Assembly: GCA_963749495.1 (NCBI GenBank)
Contig: CAVVMW010000005.1
Coordinates: forward strand, 32,001 to 96,000
DNA length: 64,000 nt
Direction: 5' to 3'
From: an uncultured bacterium
GTDB taxonomy: Bacteria > Verrucomicrobiota > Verrucomicrobiia > Limisphaerales > UBA8199
Below are positions 62,546 to 64,000 of this stretch, in pieces. The notes beneath the pieces are model-generated. The model had not been told where the DNA came from. It searched no databases and saw only the letters and a list, made by a program, of their open reading frames with translations. How positions within the stretch are numbered: position 1 is the first letter of the stretch; each line of letters starts with the position of its first letter. The position numbers were made by a program, and so were the translations under genes.

Positions 62546-64000
62546 CAGGGCTATTGACAAAGTCCGGCGGCACGTTTTGGCATCGGCACGGGTGGGTATT
62601 TTGAACCCGCCAGCCTCCACGAACGGCGCGCTCACTGAGAAAAAGCGCGTTGCTGGGCTGGTTTTCGAGGTCGGTGGGGCCATCACGGCAAAGCCGGAGG
62701 ATGGCCGCTTTGGCGCAAGCAGCCTGCGGTTCTGGTTGAGGCGTTGCTTCTTAGTCTGCGTCTGTGCTTGAGCCGGTCATGAAGCGGCGGATTAAGCCCC
62801 AGGGACGGCGGCAAACCCGGCGCTCAAAATCCCGCTCAGAGAGCTTGCCGCCCCGGTGCGGGCGGTGAGTTTGGCACAGGAATATGGCCAAGGTGCGAAA
62901 CAGCGAGAGGTTGCGAGCGGTGTTGGTTTCACGCACTGTGCAGCGGTCTTCGTCTTGAGTGCGGTCGCGGCGGTGATGCTGGCCATTTTCGATGCTCCAG
63001 TGATCGCGGGCCAACTGCTGCAACTCGTCGATCGAGGCCTCCTCCGGCCAGAGGTTGGTGAAGGGGAACGCCACGTCGTGAGTCTCTTTAACCACCTGGC
63101 CCCGCCGCACGAACTGGACGTTGCGCTCGATGCGCAGCAGTTGAGCGGCCCCGGCCAGACCGAGAGTCGGAGGGTCAACCAGGCAAGACCACACGCGCCG
63201 GGTTTCAATCCGACCGTGGCCCTTGTCCACCACACTGAGTTGAGGGGGGAAGGGCGCCGGGCAGCAGTTGCTTGGCTTTGGCCCGGGCCAGAGGCTGGTT
63301 GCCTTTTAAGAAGAGCAAGTAGTCGGCTCCGTTGTTGAAGGTCAGTTGGCGGCAATTGGCTTTGATGGTATGGGCGGCATCGGCCGTGACTCGCACTCCA
63401 GCCAAATCCATCTGGGGCAGATGGGCGGCGACGGCGGCCTCTTCGTTGGTGTCCCGCGGCACGGCGATTTGATTGACCAGGCGTTGGTCGGAGGTCATGA
63501 AGTTGACCAGCGTCAGGGCCTTGTCGGCCTTGGGCTTTTGCTGCTCGATGGGAATCTCGCAAGGCTCAGGCGCCGGCAACTCCTGGGCGTTGTCCGCCTT
63601 GGGGCGGGCGGGGGCCGGTCGAGCGTTCTTGACGACTTTGCCATCGAAATGCACCGTCTTGAGCGGGGTGGGATCCTCCTGGCGCATCCAGTCCACCAAC
63701 ACCGCCTTGAGCTCGATCGGCATTCACCTTTTCTAACAAGCGCCGGAAGGTACGCTCACTGGGTACGTCGAACTGAGCGTGCGCGCCGGGACGGCGGCGG
63801 CAGCGCAAATGGCGGCGCTGTCCGTGGTTGAGGCTCTGGGCAAATTCGGCGATGGCGTGCGGCCCTTGGCAGCCCGCCGCCATGGCCAAGGCGACCAGCG
63901 TCAGAAGCGTGGCCAACAGATGCCGCACCCCCTTGGGCTTGCGCGGTTCGGTCATGTGCAACCGGAAGCACTCCCAGAGCGAATGCAATCGTCCGGTGGC
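62546..64000 (-). mobile_element. ISAs1-family IS, frameshifted transposase (62751 to beyond the window end)
   Basis: EPRKPKGVRH, PSERTFRRLL, FDGK, TNEEA, VTADAAHT, LKGNQP, GHGRIETR, HWSIEN; end CAGGGCTATTGACAAAG at 62546. Confidence 0.88.

Overview
A GC-rich bacterial chromosomal window. Gene content suggests Verrucomicrobiota (Pedosphaerales/Limisphaerales-like); this is an inference. Core-like blocks are: DUF1080 plus two Gfo/Idh/MocA oxidoreductases, a xylonate dehydratase, psd-pssA, ispE, a moxR/DUF58/VWA (bat-like) operon, a GH5, ald, ppk2, and CotH plus two phosphodiester glycosidases. Accessory DNA lies between them: gene relics at 1-10.8 kb, TA modules, a decayed defence islet at 37.5-39.8 kb, and IS481-like, IS701, ISAs1 and IS91-like elements. 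The main hunt results are: (1) a tyrosine recombinase + IS91-like HUH transposase element (21855-24562) laid out like an integron cassette; its circle junction would fold into an attC-like hairpin, and it splits a beta-helix gene at a shared GTTG; (2) an ECF sigma/Ser-Thr kinase array with three copies of one bipartite promoter-like motif, two kinase-FGE-hydrolase receptors and two internally collapsed kinase genes; (3) many 7-, 9- and 12-nt tandem or palindromic repeats and MITEs, several apparently translated in N-terminal leaders or overlapping stop codons. Many single frameshifts in otherwise intact genes suggest sequencing indel errors. No rRNA, intact tRNA or CRISPR array was recognised. 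All family calls come from motif recognition by eye, not database searches.
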